Part shown: positions 35,501-47,714 of the stretch, piece after piece
Layout: every line of letters starts with the position of its first letter
Position numbering within the stretch: the stretch's first letter is position 1
Origin: Dudresnaya verticillata
Lineage: Eukaryota
Assembly: GCA_977862235.1 (NCBI GenBank)
Contig: OZ374565.1
Span: 1,364,001 to 1,428,000, forward strand
Length of the DNA stretch: 64,000 nt
Direction of reading: 5' to 3'
The notes under the pieces: generated by a model
Databases searched by the model: none
Told to the model about the DNA's origin: nothing
The model's input: the letters and a program-made list of their open reading frames with translations, nothing else
Translations under genes and position numbers: made by a program

Positions 35501-36103
35501 CCTCCCACGCCGTTTCTCCATTGCTATCCGAGGGCAAGCTTCCCCGGTCGCCACGACGGCTTCTCCAGCACCGCCTGTAGGTTGCGGCTTCACAATGGGG
35601 ACTTGCTCCCTGTCCCATACATGAATATCCACATTTGGACCAGCTAGATTGGTGGGGGGAGACTCTATACCGGGATACTTATACGTGTACCTCTTGTCCC
35701 CATGTCCATTCCGAATACGGACATTACAGATGACTATCCATGTATCCTTCTTCCGCTACACGTCTCTTAACCACGTTCCATGCATCTTAACTTTGAATGC
35801 ACCTCTACTGTCTGCCTCTTCCGGAGACGCCGGAGTCATTGGATCCGCCGTACCCACCTCCTCTCCGTCCAGCAACAGCTCTACCTTCTTCGACGCTGAC
35901 ATGCTTTGCGTGCCAGGGCTGGTCACTGCGGGCGCGCTTCCGCCCTCCTGTTTGCGAATGGGTTCTTCCGCGGCCGATTCCGTCGTCGCCTTACCGATAG
36001 TCTTGGCCGGGGAATCTTTCCCTCCCGTCACGGAGAGGGCATGTCGGTCGGCAGTGACCGGGCTTTGACGCAAACCAGTGCGACGTTCTCTTGTGCGAGG
36101 CAT
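32580..36103 (-). pseudogene. Sola-like DDD/E transposase (DUF7869-type motif set), disrupted
   Basis: KCSEC..H; LIIDGADQ; LFLQVDNCTRENNNRF; FLPIGHTHAYIDQVFS; C-terminal FVAV..PFWLGQV..LQVEWY SH3/BAH-like motif. Stop at 35756 and frameshifts near 35425, 33380 and 32970. The family assignment is from motif recall, not an HMM search. Confidence 0.8.
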
Positions 36104-37209
36104 TTTGTACCACGATAGAAGTAAGGGCCTCGTCTCGCTCGGATCAGTGCCGTCAATAGCGCTGTTGAGTACGCGTCGCACGATCGTGAGAAAAGAAAGG
36201 GTGGAAGGTCAAAAGCGGCCTTTGGAGGCGGTCAGCGCAGCGCGGTGGAACAAGAATATCGGGAAGAGAACGCAGTGGCCGCCGGAGTGGTGCCGTTGCT
36301 GAAACCTCGCCAGATAACCTCATATGGTGTTCTGTGTGCATATGCGAAACGGAATTACCAGTGAGTGAGCAACGGTCTACCTATCGGTAGTCGTCCGACC
36401 CACTCGAAGGAGGCGTTTCTTCGTACCCTAATTACAATATCGCCTGGTCCCCCGGCATGCTTTCGGAACATGTGTGGGCTGCAGGCAGTCCGTCACCGAT
36501 TTGTGGCAAGTATTCTGCTTGTGAAGTGGAATCAGAACGACTTGTGAGATTATGCGCTGTCCATGTGAACCGTGCATGGTTCACGACGATTGGGACCTTG
36601 TACTAGTATTACCGGTGTATTATAATACATAGCTATAGCGAAAGCATCATCTGAGAGCCGGGTTCCGTCCACCGCCTCCCACACGCGTCGTACCCCAACT
36701 GCCCCGCTGTGCGCCTGAAAGAACGCCCTGGCCTCACGCGTCCGCCGAGCAAACCCCACCTCCCCGCGCACCCGCTGTCAGCGCCGCGCGAGCCCTGCTC
36801 CGTCCCGCGCTAGCCTGTCTGACCACTACACCGCAGCCTGACCGCTTAAGATGTCAGTTTTGGCTTTTGTAAGATAGCTCTCGCAACTGTCCACTGCAAC
36901 TATGCACGCGTATTCGCGCAAGCACTCATGCCATGAGCTGCCGCTCTGCACGCCGAGGCATGAGCGTGGTTGTTAGTGTCGTCCATATCGCCGAACGTTT
37001 TGATTCACGCACCTGTCCTTGTTGTTGGTACCGAGAGCGAGCTCGCAGACCGGGCAGAGGGACACTAGCACCTTTCTGCAAAGAATCAACGAGTTGTGGA
37101 AGCGTGTGATGGGAGTACAGACTGCGGATATGGCCTAGCAGCTGCATGTGGCAAGGTAGTAGAGTAAAGCTCGTTGCGTCCATAGCATAGGAGTGCGCCT
37201 AAAGCCAAG

Positions 37210-37278
37210 GCACGTTTTGTCCATTGCGACGGGTAGCATGCACGTTTTCTCCATTGCGCCGGGTAGCATGCACGTTTT
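37210..37278. repeat. 30-bp tandem repeat (2.3 copies)
   Basis: GCACGTTTT(G/C)TCCATTGCG(A/C)CGGGTAGCAT. Confidence 0.9.
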
Positions 37279-40200
37279 TGGCTGCGTTGACTCTATTCCT
37301 GGACCAGGCTTGCGTGGGATCAGGAAGTAGCGTATACCTTTGTGAGAGGTATATGAGAAAGCAGAAGCGGGCAGGAAGCCTAACGTGTTGGAGACCTCCT
37401 TAGTGCTTAATGCACCTGACACCGAATGATATCTTCATATTGCCGTTTGGCAAGACGTGGAGGGTTGGGTCACAGCCGAGGCAGGTAGCCGCTTTGTAAT
37501 TGTAAATCAGACGCTCAGTCCATGATTCCGGAAAGGTCGTCCGCACGCCTCTATTCCGTCCTACTTCGTACTAATAAACAAGATCTTGTCCCGTTTGCGC
37601 CACCAAAACCTCCTTAGCCCAACCCGTAGTGCGGTAGCTCGTAGGCCCCAGCTGCCGGTTGAGTAACAGTATACTATCACCAAAACAACCGAAGCAACAC
37701 CAACCACGATCTTTGTGCCCATATTCGACTCAACAACATTCGCAGAACAGACCGGAACAATCGTGCACAATCCGCCGCAATACCTGCTTTCCACACTATC
37801 TCGTCACGAAGCATGTAGTTCTCGAGCGGGACAAACTAGCTGAAACAAACGTGATGCCGCCATTTAACAATGCTTTCTTTGTATTGTGGTGGAAAAGAGA
37901 GCAGTTTTAAAAGTTCTTAAGAAACCTCCAACTCGATTCACCCTGATATTTGCTTTCTGAAAGTTGTGATCGTTCCATCTAGGGAGAGCAGGGAATGCTA
38001 TAAAGATTACACACCGTGTGGAACTGAAGAGAACCGGACATTGCCAGAGTGGGCAGTAGGAAACTGAACGACACTTGTACCGACTCAAGTCCTGAACGGA
38101 CCTGAAGATGTCTCTTACTGTAGAATATACATTGACCTGTGTGTATGCTACCCAATGGCTCTAACTTGCGTTCAGACCACGCGATGCCAGCAGATCCAAA
38201 CAAGCAACAGCTGTACGGTAGCAACTCCACGCAAGTTCTATTGTTCAGCGCAAGGCACGTTTCCACTACGGAGCCCCCTTTCTTAAACGCCCTAAACAAA
38301 GATAAGGCACCGAACCTCATGAGCGTCACGTCGTGAGGGGTGCAATTCGTCGTCACAACTCACTCCGTGATTTCAATGCATTGGAACGTTATAAGTTGGG
38401 TCTCAGTCCTATTTGTGTTGAATAATCCTTAAGGATTGCAAATTTGCAATGGAACAACACCTGTGCACGTGCAAAGTGTTCAGGTGCCTGAAACACAAAG
38501 TTGCAGAGCACGGAGTGCCGTACTCGCACCCGCAGTCGATTGGCAAGAAGGAGCCTGTTCATCCGAAATTGAGAGCGAGACCGCGAACAGATTGTCGCGC
38601 AGGGCATGGTGTTTGCTGGCATGCACTTTCGTAATGGACGCTGGCCAAGCATTGCGCTCAACGGAAGCAATGCAAGAAACTTGGGGGATAAAGGACGACG
38701 TGAACGGCTTTGATTTGTCTGTATAGAAATGCTACGAAGGCGCATTGATCCTGGGTACACAGAGTGCGCATTTATTACCACCGTCTTGAAACCAGTGCAA
38801 AAACCGGTTCATCCGGAACAAAAGGAGAATTAATTGAATAGCTCAGAGGTTTATCTTCGATTGGATGTTGTACAAGACGGTTACAGGTGCGGGCTCGATG
38901 AAGAGGACAAAGCCAGCTGGTTCAATTGTAGGCCAAGGTTTCGAGGCTCATATCTAGTTGGATCAAGGTACGTGATGGGAACTTGGCGATTTGCTCACTC
39001 TAGCATCTAGAGATGGGTGAACCGACGTAATTAGAATTGCTGGCTGATATTTTCGAAATCTTTTCTCATCGCGGACCCAGATGTGGCGCCCCAGAAAGCC
39101 TCAGAAGATGGTGTGACGTTTCTAGGCATTCAATGAGAAGTCGATTTCAAGAACACATGTCGCGGTATCGTGGAGGATGTGGCGCTTCCCAAATCGCATC
39201 GCGTTTTACATGACTAGCACAGACTCGACCTTTCCTTCACTGTCTCATGACTGCTAGTTGTGAAAAAATGCTCATAAGATTGGTGTGCCAAGCACTGCGC
39301 CAACAGTCGTGAAGATTCGTTGCAATAACGCTCTATTTTCCCTGAAGATGCTTCCTTGCGCCATGAGCATAAAGCCGCGCCAGCCCATGTGTTGTAACCG
39401 AATTTCATCCTTGTTCCCGATTGAGAACACTTTCATCAATTACTGTATTACCCCAAGCTGTTATTTGATACTGCTACAGAAACATCGAAGACGTCGCACT
39501 GTGATGCACATCCCATTATGACTCAATCCACCTTAATCCTCGTCTTCGCACCCTGCGGCTGGTGGGGAACATCTGCAGAAACTATATCATTGCAAATGCT
39601 GCAGTGTAGCAGCTGCACCGACTCTGGAAAGCCATTATTTGTCCGCCGTATTATGATAGTAAACGTTTGCCATACATATGAAAACCGTTTGCAACAGATG
39701 CAATGCTGAACTGCTGCGAAATAAATGCTGCGTACAGCACTCAGATCTCGCCTAATGATCCTCAATGAACCTCATGTCCCCTTTGAACCCGTTGGGGGGT
39801 TCTTGAGGAATGAAGTGTTCTGCCCTTCGCACTGTGCCTAAACCTCCTCAGAAATGAATTTCTAGGTTCTAGATACAGATTCTAGACGCTAAGGGGTTGC
39901 CTGATTTTGCATGGTATTGCATCGGTACCCCATTCTTCTTGAAAACAAATGAATCTCTCACAAAGCTTCTGATTCTCCGAAACGTTAGCCCAAAGCTCTA
40001 TAAATAATGTCCTTCTTCGTAGAGCCACGACAGCAAGATGTACTATAGTTGAAGATGAAGAACGTGCTAGCTACAGCTCAGGTTTGGACAGTACTAGAAG
40101 TATGTTGCACCATTCGATTTGAAGGGATGTAAAGAGACATGTGCCTTCGATACGAAAGCGAGCTACAAGTCAGATTCACAGTACCACGACGAGAAGCGAT

Positions 40201-40640
40201 ACTTTTCCGAGGGTCGGGCCGTTGGCGAAGTGGTGATAATCAGGGAAGCCGTGGCTCCTGAATACCTCAAAGATTATATATCTGACAACGTACTTTTATT
40301 TCAGAAGGAAGTGGACAACTAGGCAGTGATGATTATTAGATTCTGTTCCAAGTATCGTCTCTTCTACTGTGGAATTATGTGAGTTTTCTTTCCCTGGCAT
40401 ATTGTTGAAGCGGTAAAACATCGAAGGGCCTTAAAAAACCCTGGCTCAACACCATAAGCCAGCCGTCTACACCCACCTTAAAGGTTTGTTTCATCTGCCT
40501 TCCTATACTTGCGATGATAGAAAAGGCAACGGTTTCAGCGCTGTCAATAACATGAATTGACTTTTTCAGTCACTTAATAAGCGAAATGCATCTATATAAA
40601 GGGAGCTGACTGGGACTGGGGTCTCTCATGCAGAGACAAA

Positions 40641-40910
40641 ATGCTACCTACAGACCCAGCCCCGCTGGCGCTAGTTGAAGAGGTCCGCGCCCTGCGCGCT
40701 GAGCTGGACGAGGATCGCGCGCCGACTGCGGAGGAGCTGGACACAACTGTCTGGCTCCGGGTCCAGATGATGGGGTGGGCTCGCGATATGATTGCGAGGG
40801 CTGGCCTGGTTGGAGAGGGGGTGATGCGAGGGGCTGTAGCGGTGATGGCTCTTTTAGGGTGGGAAGTGCCGGAGGAGTGGACGGTGGAGGACCCCGGTTC
40901 AGATGTGTAA
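40641..40910 (+). CDS. Small coiled-coil/helical protein (89 aa) with upstream TATA box
   Basis: TATATAAA at ~40593 and AAAATG start; LVEEVRALRAELDE; tail VEDPGSDV like 18395-18673. Confidence 0.55.
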   Translation: MLPTDPAPLALVEEVRALRAELDEDRAPTAEELDTTVWLRVQMMGWARDMIARAGLVGEGVMRGAVAVMALLGWEVPEEWTVEDPGSDV

Positions 40911-41031
40911 GTAGTAAGAACAGTAAAGGGGTTAGTTGAGAATCGGGATCCACGGTGTGCACGAGGGTGGGCAGCCGCGACAGCAGATTTTTCCCAAGGA
41001 GTTATGCGTCGTGGGGCGGGGCGGGGGAGCG

Positions 41032-41157
41032 GGCGACGAGGCAGTCTGTATGCGGTCGCGTGCACATTTGTGCACAGACGTGCAAAGCACAGTGCACCCG
41101 TTGCAGCAGAAAGCCGAAAAACTGGCGACGAGGTAGTCTGTATGCGGCCCCGAGCAC
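41032..41157. repeat. Direct repeat (~34 bp x2) in a GC-rich, probably subterminal region
   Basis: GGCGACGAGG(C/T)AGTCTGTATGCGG at ~41032 and ~41124. Confidence 0.75.
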
Positions 41158-41423
41158 GCGCGGCGCGGGCCAGATGGGCGATGCGGCGCGCATGCAGCGC
41201 GCGCGGCCAGGGGCATGCCGCGGGCCGGTAATTTCCAATTTGGCCCAGTGCGGACCGCGGAGTGGGCCGCGCGGGCCAAATCGACGCAAGGAAATTGAAA
41301 TTCAGAATACCTGGAAATATTCTGGGTAAAATCACGCAAACCACCATAACTTGAGATGGAATGGTCCGTTAGCCAATCGGATTTCACCACCGTACTCAGG
41401 GGTCGCTCCCCTTTCCAACGATA

Positions 41424-43799
41424 CTAGAAAATAGCTATTCGACTCCAGTCTGTTTTGAAAACCATATTCTGAAATCGCTCAAATGCGTGTTTCAGGTCGA
41501 TGACCTCGTTCGGGCGCAACGGCGGATTCGCGACGGGCCCTTGCCCTGGCATCATGGTCACGCGATGGACCTCGCGCACGATGCGACGACCGCGTCCGCG
41601 CCGAGCCCCGACTCCCCGCGTCGAAACTTCACCACCCGCCTCGCTAGGCCCAGCAACTCCATCGCCTGACGGCGCGTCACCCTCCTGGACACCCATGTAC
41701 TCTTCCTCAAGCTCCTCCTTGAGCAGCAGATTCGTTTTCACAATGGCCTCTTGCGGCTCAGCCGCCGCCGGAGGAGCCTCGACGGCGCTAGTAGGAAGGG
41801 TCACCTCGAGCTGCAAAGCATGGCCCGCGGGCGCTTCTGGCACGGGTAAGTCGACCATCACCTCCATGGGTGAAGCCGGCGGAGCGCTCTCCTCAGGGGC
41901 CCCTAATGCCAGCTGAGAAGCTGCATTGGCTGGACCAGTGGTCGGTGGACCCGAAGTAGCGACGGAGGAGCTCTCGCGAGGAACCTCCGACGTATCGGCA
42001 AGCGTGCCGACACGCGGATCCGCACCCTGCCCACCACCACTTGGTGCCTCGGGAGCACCCGTATTCGTAAGCGAGCTATCGCGACGGTCTTGATGACCCA
42101 GACCCAAACGGGAACGGCGCGGAAGTCGCGGGTCTCTCGAGACGGAAGCGGAATCTGAGGCGCTTGGCGCGCTCGCCGCTGCTGAAGGACCCACCACAGC
42201 AGAACCCGCACTCGGCGCGCTCGCCGCTGCCGAAGATATCGGCGCCACGACACCCGACGGAGCTTCTTGAGCTTGCTCCGATTCCCCGACAACCTGCTGC
42301 CCGAAAGGCGGAAGCGCAGCCAAGGATTCCTTTAAGGACTCGATGGGCCCCGGTGAGCTCACCCAGTGCGACTCGTAGTCGCAAAGGACGTCTTCGACCC
42401 AATCCGCGAGACTGTAGAGAGTCAGATGGGTAACCTCCCAATGGACAGTCAAGCGGATGGCGAGACCTAGACGGTTGAACAAGTACCGAATCGCGGCATC
42501 AGCCCTTGCGATGTTTCGTACTCTGGGCGCGTATGGACCCTGGGGCTGACCCGACACAGTAGTGTCCATCGGCGGCACGTCAGCCGGAGTCGCGGGAGCC
42601 TCGCCGGAAGCACTCTGCTGGTCTTTGGTGTATCTGGTCATGCGCTCACCGCTGTCCACGAGAAGCGTCTCACCATCTTGAGGCTGCGGCTGCAACAAGT
42701 ACTCGGGTAGGAGAGAGTGCCACTGCACCGGCTCAAAGTCGACACAATCGCCTCGGTCGTACACCGGTGTCACGAACCCTCTGTTATCCGGAAGGTAGCG
42801 GTTGCGCTTGCTAACGCGGCTCCACCGAATACGTTCGACAAACACGAGGAGCGCCTCCAAGTCCGTAGCATGGACAGCTGTCGCGGTGAGTAAGCCAATA
42901 CCGAGACCTCGGATCTCGGCGCGCAGACGTGCGTTGATGTAATACGAGTACCCCCGACGGGCTTCATACATGAAGGTCTGCGGCACCATCACCACCCATT
43001 CGTCACAGAAGATCATCCACAAGAGGCCATGATGATAGCTCTCATGCATCATATCAAGGCCTCTATACGCCACAACTGGGGGTGTGCCAACCGGCATGGA
43101 GTATGACACCTCATATTCACGATGATCCGTGGGAATCGGGACGTACTTCCCAGTGTAGAACTCGGGCTTGATGGCCACCGCTTCTTGACAGTGCCCCGGC
43201 ACGAAGCAACCGATCCGATGACGATGGCATCGCTCGACGCGAAGGAGTTCGCGAGACATCGCTGTCTGCGGGTTATCCAACGCATACTTAAAGTTGGACG
43301 TCTCGTCCCACCGCGTAACGCGCGCCATCGTGAAAGGATAGTTATCCGGACCGGGACGGATGAGCGGCCTTTCAAAAGCGACCAGCTCCAGGCTGTAGCC
43401 TCCCTTCCCGTGAAACGAGACAAACCCCGGCAAGAACTCCATGAAGGCTTGAGAGTGGTGCTCCACGTAGCGTTGCTCGAAAAAGAAGCGGGCCATAGCG
43501 ACATCCCAATCGTGGTTGTTCGGAAGCGACGGTAGCGCGATATTGGTTCCTCGCAGAATTCCAATCCGCTCACGCATGAGAAACTCCCACGAGCGGGCTT
43601 GTGCACGGTGACGGCCATAACGGCGAATGTCCTCGCGAAACGCACCGGCGGTGGCCCGAATATGTGTAAGGTCGGTCCGCACCAGCCAGTCGCGGCTCTT
43701 CGTGATGGACAAAGGCACGCCTGCCGCATCAACACCAAACCCGAGCACGGCCGAGCTCGAGCCCGCCTGCCCATACGGGAGGTTGGGAGTCGTCGCCAT
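41424..43799 (-). CDS. Uncharacterised 791-aa protein, homolog of the antisense accessory ORF of element D
   Basis: Intact ATG-to-stop ORF. A ~370-aa aromatic-rich globular domain aligns block-wise with 54800-55981 and is followed by an Ala/Pro/Ser-rich tail. Confidence 0.8.
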   Translation of the reverse strand: MATTPNLPYGQAGSSSAVLGFGVDAAGVPLSITKSRDWLVRTDLTHIRATAGAFREDIRRYGRHRAQARSWEFLMRERIGILRGTNIALPSLPNNHDWDVAMARFFFEQRYVEHHSQAFMEFLPGFVSFHGKGGYSLELVAFERPLIRPGPDNYPFTMARVTRWDETSNFKYALDNPQTAMSRELLRVERCHRHRIGCFVPGHCQEAVAIKPEFYTGKYVPIPTDHREYEVSYSMPVGTPPVVAYRGLDMMHESYHHGLLWMIFCDEWVVMVPQTFMYEARRGYSYYINARLRAEIRGLGIGLLTATAVHATDLEALLVFVERIRWSRVSKRNRYLPDNRGFVTPVYDRGDCVDFEPVQWHSLLPEYLLQPQPQDGETLLVDSGERMTRYTKDQQSASGEAPATPADVPPMDTTVSGQPQGPYAPRVRNIARADAAIRYLFNRLGLAIRLTVHWEVTHLTLYSLADWVEDVLCDYESHWVSSPGPIESLKESLAALPPFGQQVVGESEQAQEAPSGVVAPISSAAASAPSAGSAVVGPSAAASAPSASDSASVSRDPRLPRRSRLGLGHQDRRDSSLTNTGAPEAPSGGGQGADPRVGTLADTSEVPRESSSVATSGPPTTGPANAASQLALGAPEESAPPASPMEVMVDLPVPEAPAGHALQLEVTLPTSAVEAPPAAAEPQEAIVKTNLLLKEELEEEYMGVQEGDAPSGDGVAGPSEAGGEVSTRGVGARRGRGRRIVREVHRVTMMPGQGPVANPPLRPNEVIDLKHAFERFQNMVFKTDWSRIAIF

Positions 43800-44163
43800 G
43801 CGGGCCGAAGGAGCTGTGAAGCGGAGCGCCGCGCGGATGAATACCTTCTTCCTGGGGTCTTCTGCCTGAAACTTCTTCCTGAGTCTTCTCCCTCAAGCTT
43901 GAAACTTGAAGGTCTTCTTCCTGAGGTCTTGTACCTGAATAGTTGAGCGCAACGCCTTGCAAGAAGAAAGCACTAACCCGTGCTGACCGCGTCACGAGTG
44001 AAGCGACGCGCTGCAGAGCGAAGAGCGAGAGACTGTCGAAAGTTGTGTAGCAACACGGGGCTCACCCGATATCGACGCAGTCGCGAGGGATCCTCCCGTC
44101 GTGGTCTGGTGAACGTGCCGTTGCCGTTGATGCCGAAGGAGAGCGTGCGCGCTGGGGGACAGT

Positions 44164-44998
44164 TGTGGCGCACGGGGGACCGAGCTTTTATTTCCTCGCC
44201 ATGGGCGTCAAGGGCTTCGTCGACCGACGGACGGTCACCTGGAACGGGTCATTCTCCATTGGCGCGAACACGCCATCGACGATTGGCCTACGGACGCGCG
44301 GGTGCCACCACCCCGCACCGCGCAGGCCGATACACTGTACGGTACAATGCTGTAGAGCGGATCTGGATGACACATCGGGATCAACGAAGTGTAAGCGGGT
44401 TGACTGGCAATTTGGCCCGGATCCCGATCGAATCCGGATCCCACATCCGGATCGGACATCGGGATCCGCTGTAAGGGCAACGCGCCTGTAATACGGTGCC
44501 GATCGCGACCCGAATCCAGATCGCCTACAGTGCCATACAGGCGCGCCTTGGTCAGACGCATGCGCGGACGTACAGTGGCTGCATTGTCCCGGGACCTGTC
44601 AGACGCACCTCCATACGACACGTGTCCCGGGTTCCCGCGCACTACGTCATGCAGCCGCCGTGCCGCGGCCCCATACCATTATTTAGGTACCTCGTCTAGG
44701 ACGTAGCGGTAAAGCCCCGGCAAGCCGGTTTCGAGTCTAGACTTCCCTTCCGCGACGACGCGCACCCTACCGCTTCCCGGAAGCATAAACGTCTACCTCT
44801 GCGTGCTTTCACGTTCGTAACTGCTGCTAACGTGTTTTCCTTTGGGTTTCTTTGTCCCTTTTCTTTTCCGCCTCGGGCGTTTACAGTCCGCCCTAGGCGT
44901 GTTCAACCTGCTCTACCAAGTTCGCCATCAGCGGCTACCCACCGTGCCCCCGAACGGCCCGGAGGTGTTCTCCGTCAGTAGACGACGTTTGCACGGCA
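44164..44998 (+). repeat. 5' LTR of element D
   Basis: TGTGGCG...CACGGCA; roughly 30 differences from the 3' LTR by eye. Confidence 0.95.
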
Positions 44999-45000
44999 AC

Positions 45001-45018
45001 TGGTCTCCCGGCCTAGAA
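45001..45018 (+). promoter_or_regulatory. Primer-binding site (tRNA-Tyr type)
   Basis: TGGTCTCCCGGCCTAGAA, one transition relative to the other three PBS copies. Confidence 0.88.
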
Positions 45019-45039
45019 GCTGCTACGTTGCTACGAACG

Positions 45040-47714
45040 TTAACGTCTGTGAGACGATCGCTCAACCGTCACCCTGATGTTCTGCCCATCATTCACGACG
45101 TTTGCCTACTTCTTCGAAACCATTATGGGCCCATCGCGACCGCCGTTATCGCGTGGATCCTCCCGATGCCCGTATTCGACGCCTGGAACCATGCCGCCGT
45201 CGGGACCGGCCCAACCCATGACGACACGATCTGGTCCTCACGTCAGTCCGGAGATCGCCTCAGCCTTTACGGCACCGCCGGACCATGGCGTGTCACACGC
45301 TCCGCTAAACAGGGTAGAACCTACTCCCCCGCCGAATCCAATCGTCGTTCGTACTTCAGTCCCGGAAGGATCCGCCCTCTGTACCTACCACACGTACATT
45401 GACTCCGCCGACACCGTCCAGGCGGAGAACCAACGCGTCGTAGACGGAACACAAGCCGGCCTTGCCGAGGAACAACAACAACCAACCCCGGCTGCACAGC
45501 CGCAACAACAACAACCGACCGGAACCGTCGAGGACGATGGCAGCCGTTTAGCGCCTTTGGACGTCATCGACGATTCCCCACCCGCGAGGGACTGTTGTCC
45601 CACGCCCCACGGCAGTACCGAATGTTCTCCGGCAGAGCCGTCTGGTCAACGTGGCAACGCAGAGTCGTCACCGGTGCCGCAAAGCCTGGCGAGACAAATT
45701 CCAACACGACCTTCGCCCGCAGCGTCTCCTGTGTCCGCTCGCGTGGGTAATCTTACGATTCCCGCGACCGCATCCGAGAAGTTTGCGTCATCTAGGACGA
45801 TGCGTTGTTAGCATCGTCCTAGATGACGCAAACTAAACGTTGTTAGCGCAATTCGCGGAGATGCTCGATAACAGTGGCGGGGGAATCTGCAGCCGTCTAC
45901 AGACGTTAGAGGAGGGTCGAGACGGAGCCCTACAGGGGTTGCGAACCGACCTCGACCGGTTGATGACGAACCCGGGTACCAACGCCAAACAACCCGCCAC
46001 AGTAACGATCAACTGGCAGTCCGAACTGAGTTCGCGGGAACGTTTCAATCGGCTGGCGACTCGTTTAGAACGATTGGAAACCGCCAAGTTGAGTCAAGGA
46101 CAACCACCCTCGTCTGAGGACGAAAGCGACGACGAAGAACGTCGCCGCCATAAAAGTCGCAAGTATCGCGACCAACGAAAGAAACGCCACGGTCGAAAGA
46201 AGAAACGTCGGCGACGTCACGGGGATTCCTCATATTCCTCCGACTCGTCGAGTGAGGGAGAATCGTCGGGTACTTCAACGGATGACGAAGAGTACCCGAC
46301 CCACGGCGGGGCTGTAAGGCCAAGCGGCAAACGGTTCAAGGGGTTGAAGGAACTATGTCCCTCCAACCCCCTGTTCGCTCAACGCTTGTCGTATCGTACT
46401 TACCGTCTAGCAGATTTCGGGCAAAACGTTCCGGACGCGAAACAGGGAAGATCAAGGACCACATCAAACGTCTGGCGTTGACGATGAAGGATACCGCCTT
46501 CACGGGCGACGACCCGGTCCTGGTCCTTGAGTTCCTTACGCGTTTCGGGGATGAGGCCGATACGCTAGAAATGAGCGAAGCCCAAGCGTTCATAGCGTTG
46601 CCATACTTCTTACGAAGTACGGCGTCAACACAGTTCCGATCCGTCAAGTCGACGTCAACACGCCATCGAGGCGGAGTCTCTTCGTACCCGGAGGCGATGC
46701 AATACCTCCTCCGTACGTACGCAACGCCTTCGGCGATTCGATCCGCCGTACTGGCGTTACGTTCGACGATGCAGAAACGGGTCGAAGATGAAACTGCCTA
46801 CGGCATGCTACTCGCTGGAGATTGCATCCGTTGCGGAAACGTATACCCGACTGGGAGAAGATGACCCTATTTATCGATGGACTCGACCGTCGATACGATC
46901 GCTGGTCGCCCGTTTTCGCGAAGAAACGCCAAGGAAAGAGCTGTCGTTCGAACGATTAGTACACTTCGCATAAGAGGAGGGCGACGCGCACCGCACACGA
47001 AACGTTCGGGCCGGACAGACTTCGGGTCGGCAGGGTATACTGGTACCCGCACAAGCCACTCGCAACGTACGACCCGCTGTCGCGCTCAACCGCCAACTGC
47101 CGAAGCGTCCGAAGCCGGCGGCGCGCGCTATGCTGGCGGAGTCGTCCGTCGAATTCCGAGACATTAGCCACCACGGCGACGATGTCCAAACTCACGCCGA
47201 TGGCGATTTGTACCTGGCCGACGAAAAACTTTCGACACCAACGTCGGCACTGCCGACGGACAGTTACGTCGAAGACGAAGGGCAAATGGATCCCGCTCTC
47301 GCCTTCGGGCGTCCGAACGTACCCGCGCCCCGCGTACCCTATTCGGAATATGCTCCGCACGTCCACCGGGCAAGGCCCGGGTGGCAGGATCGAGGTCCAC
47401 CTCGTCAAGACGTACGAGGACAACTCATTTGCCATCAGTGCTACGAACGGGGCCACATCGCGCCGGAATGCTTCTTACGAATGAGCGACTTCATGAAGGT
47501 CGTCGCCAACTACGAGGGCCTAACGGAGGTCGAGAGGAACGGAGTACTCGCTGATGCGTATAACCGTTGTAAGGAACAAGCCACGAAGGAAGCGGTCCGC
47601 TGCGCCGCGCGCTCATCATCGCCAAGGGCGGGGTTGGCACCGCGCCTAGCCGAACGCCATCCGACGATGCTAAACCGCTACATAGCGCAAACACCGCCGG
47701 AGGCGAAAAACTAG
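45040..47714 (+). pseudogene. gag: gag (with conserved N-terminal extension), frameshifted
   Basis: LSYRTYRL, FTGDDPVLVLEFL, MQKRVEDETAYG, CHQCYERGHIAPEC; ends G AAA AAC TAG. The start is approximate. Confidence 0.8.

Noticed and set aside
38449..38634. SHPQSIGKKE resembling integrase YHPQSNG..E
   Set aside because: Too short and degenerate, with no flanking DDE motifs.
41461..42500. CGCG as a family-specific word
   Set aside because: The count (~17 per kb) is close to expectation at ~65% GC.
44151..44163. GGGGGACAGT as a PPT, implying tandem elements sharing the 44164 LTR
   Set aside because: The ACAGT/ACAGC target duplication favours an independent insertion of element D.
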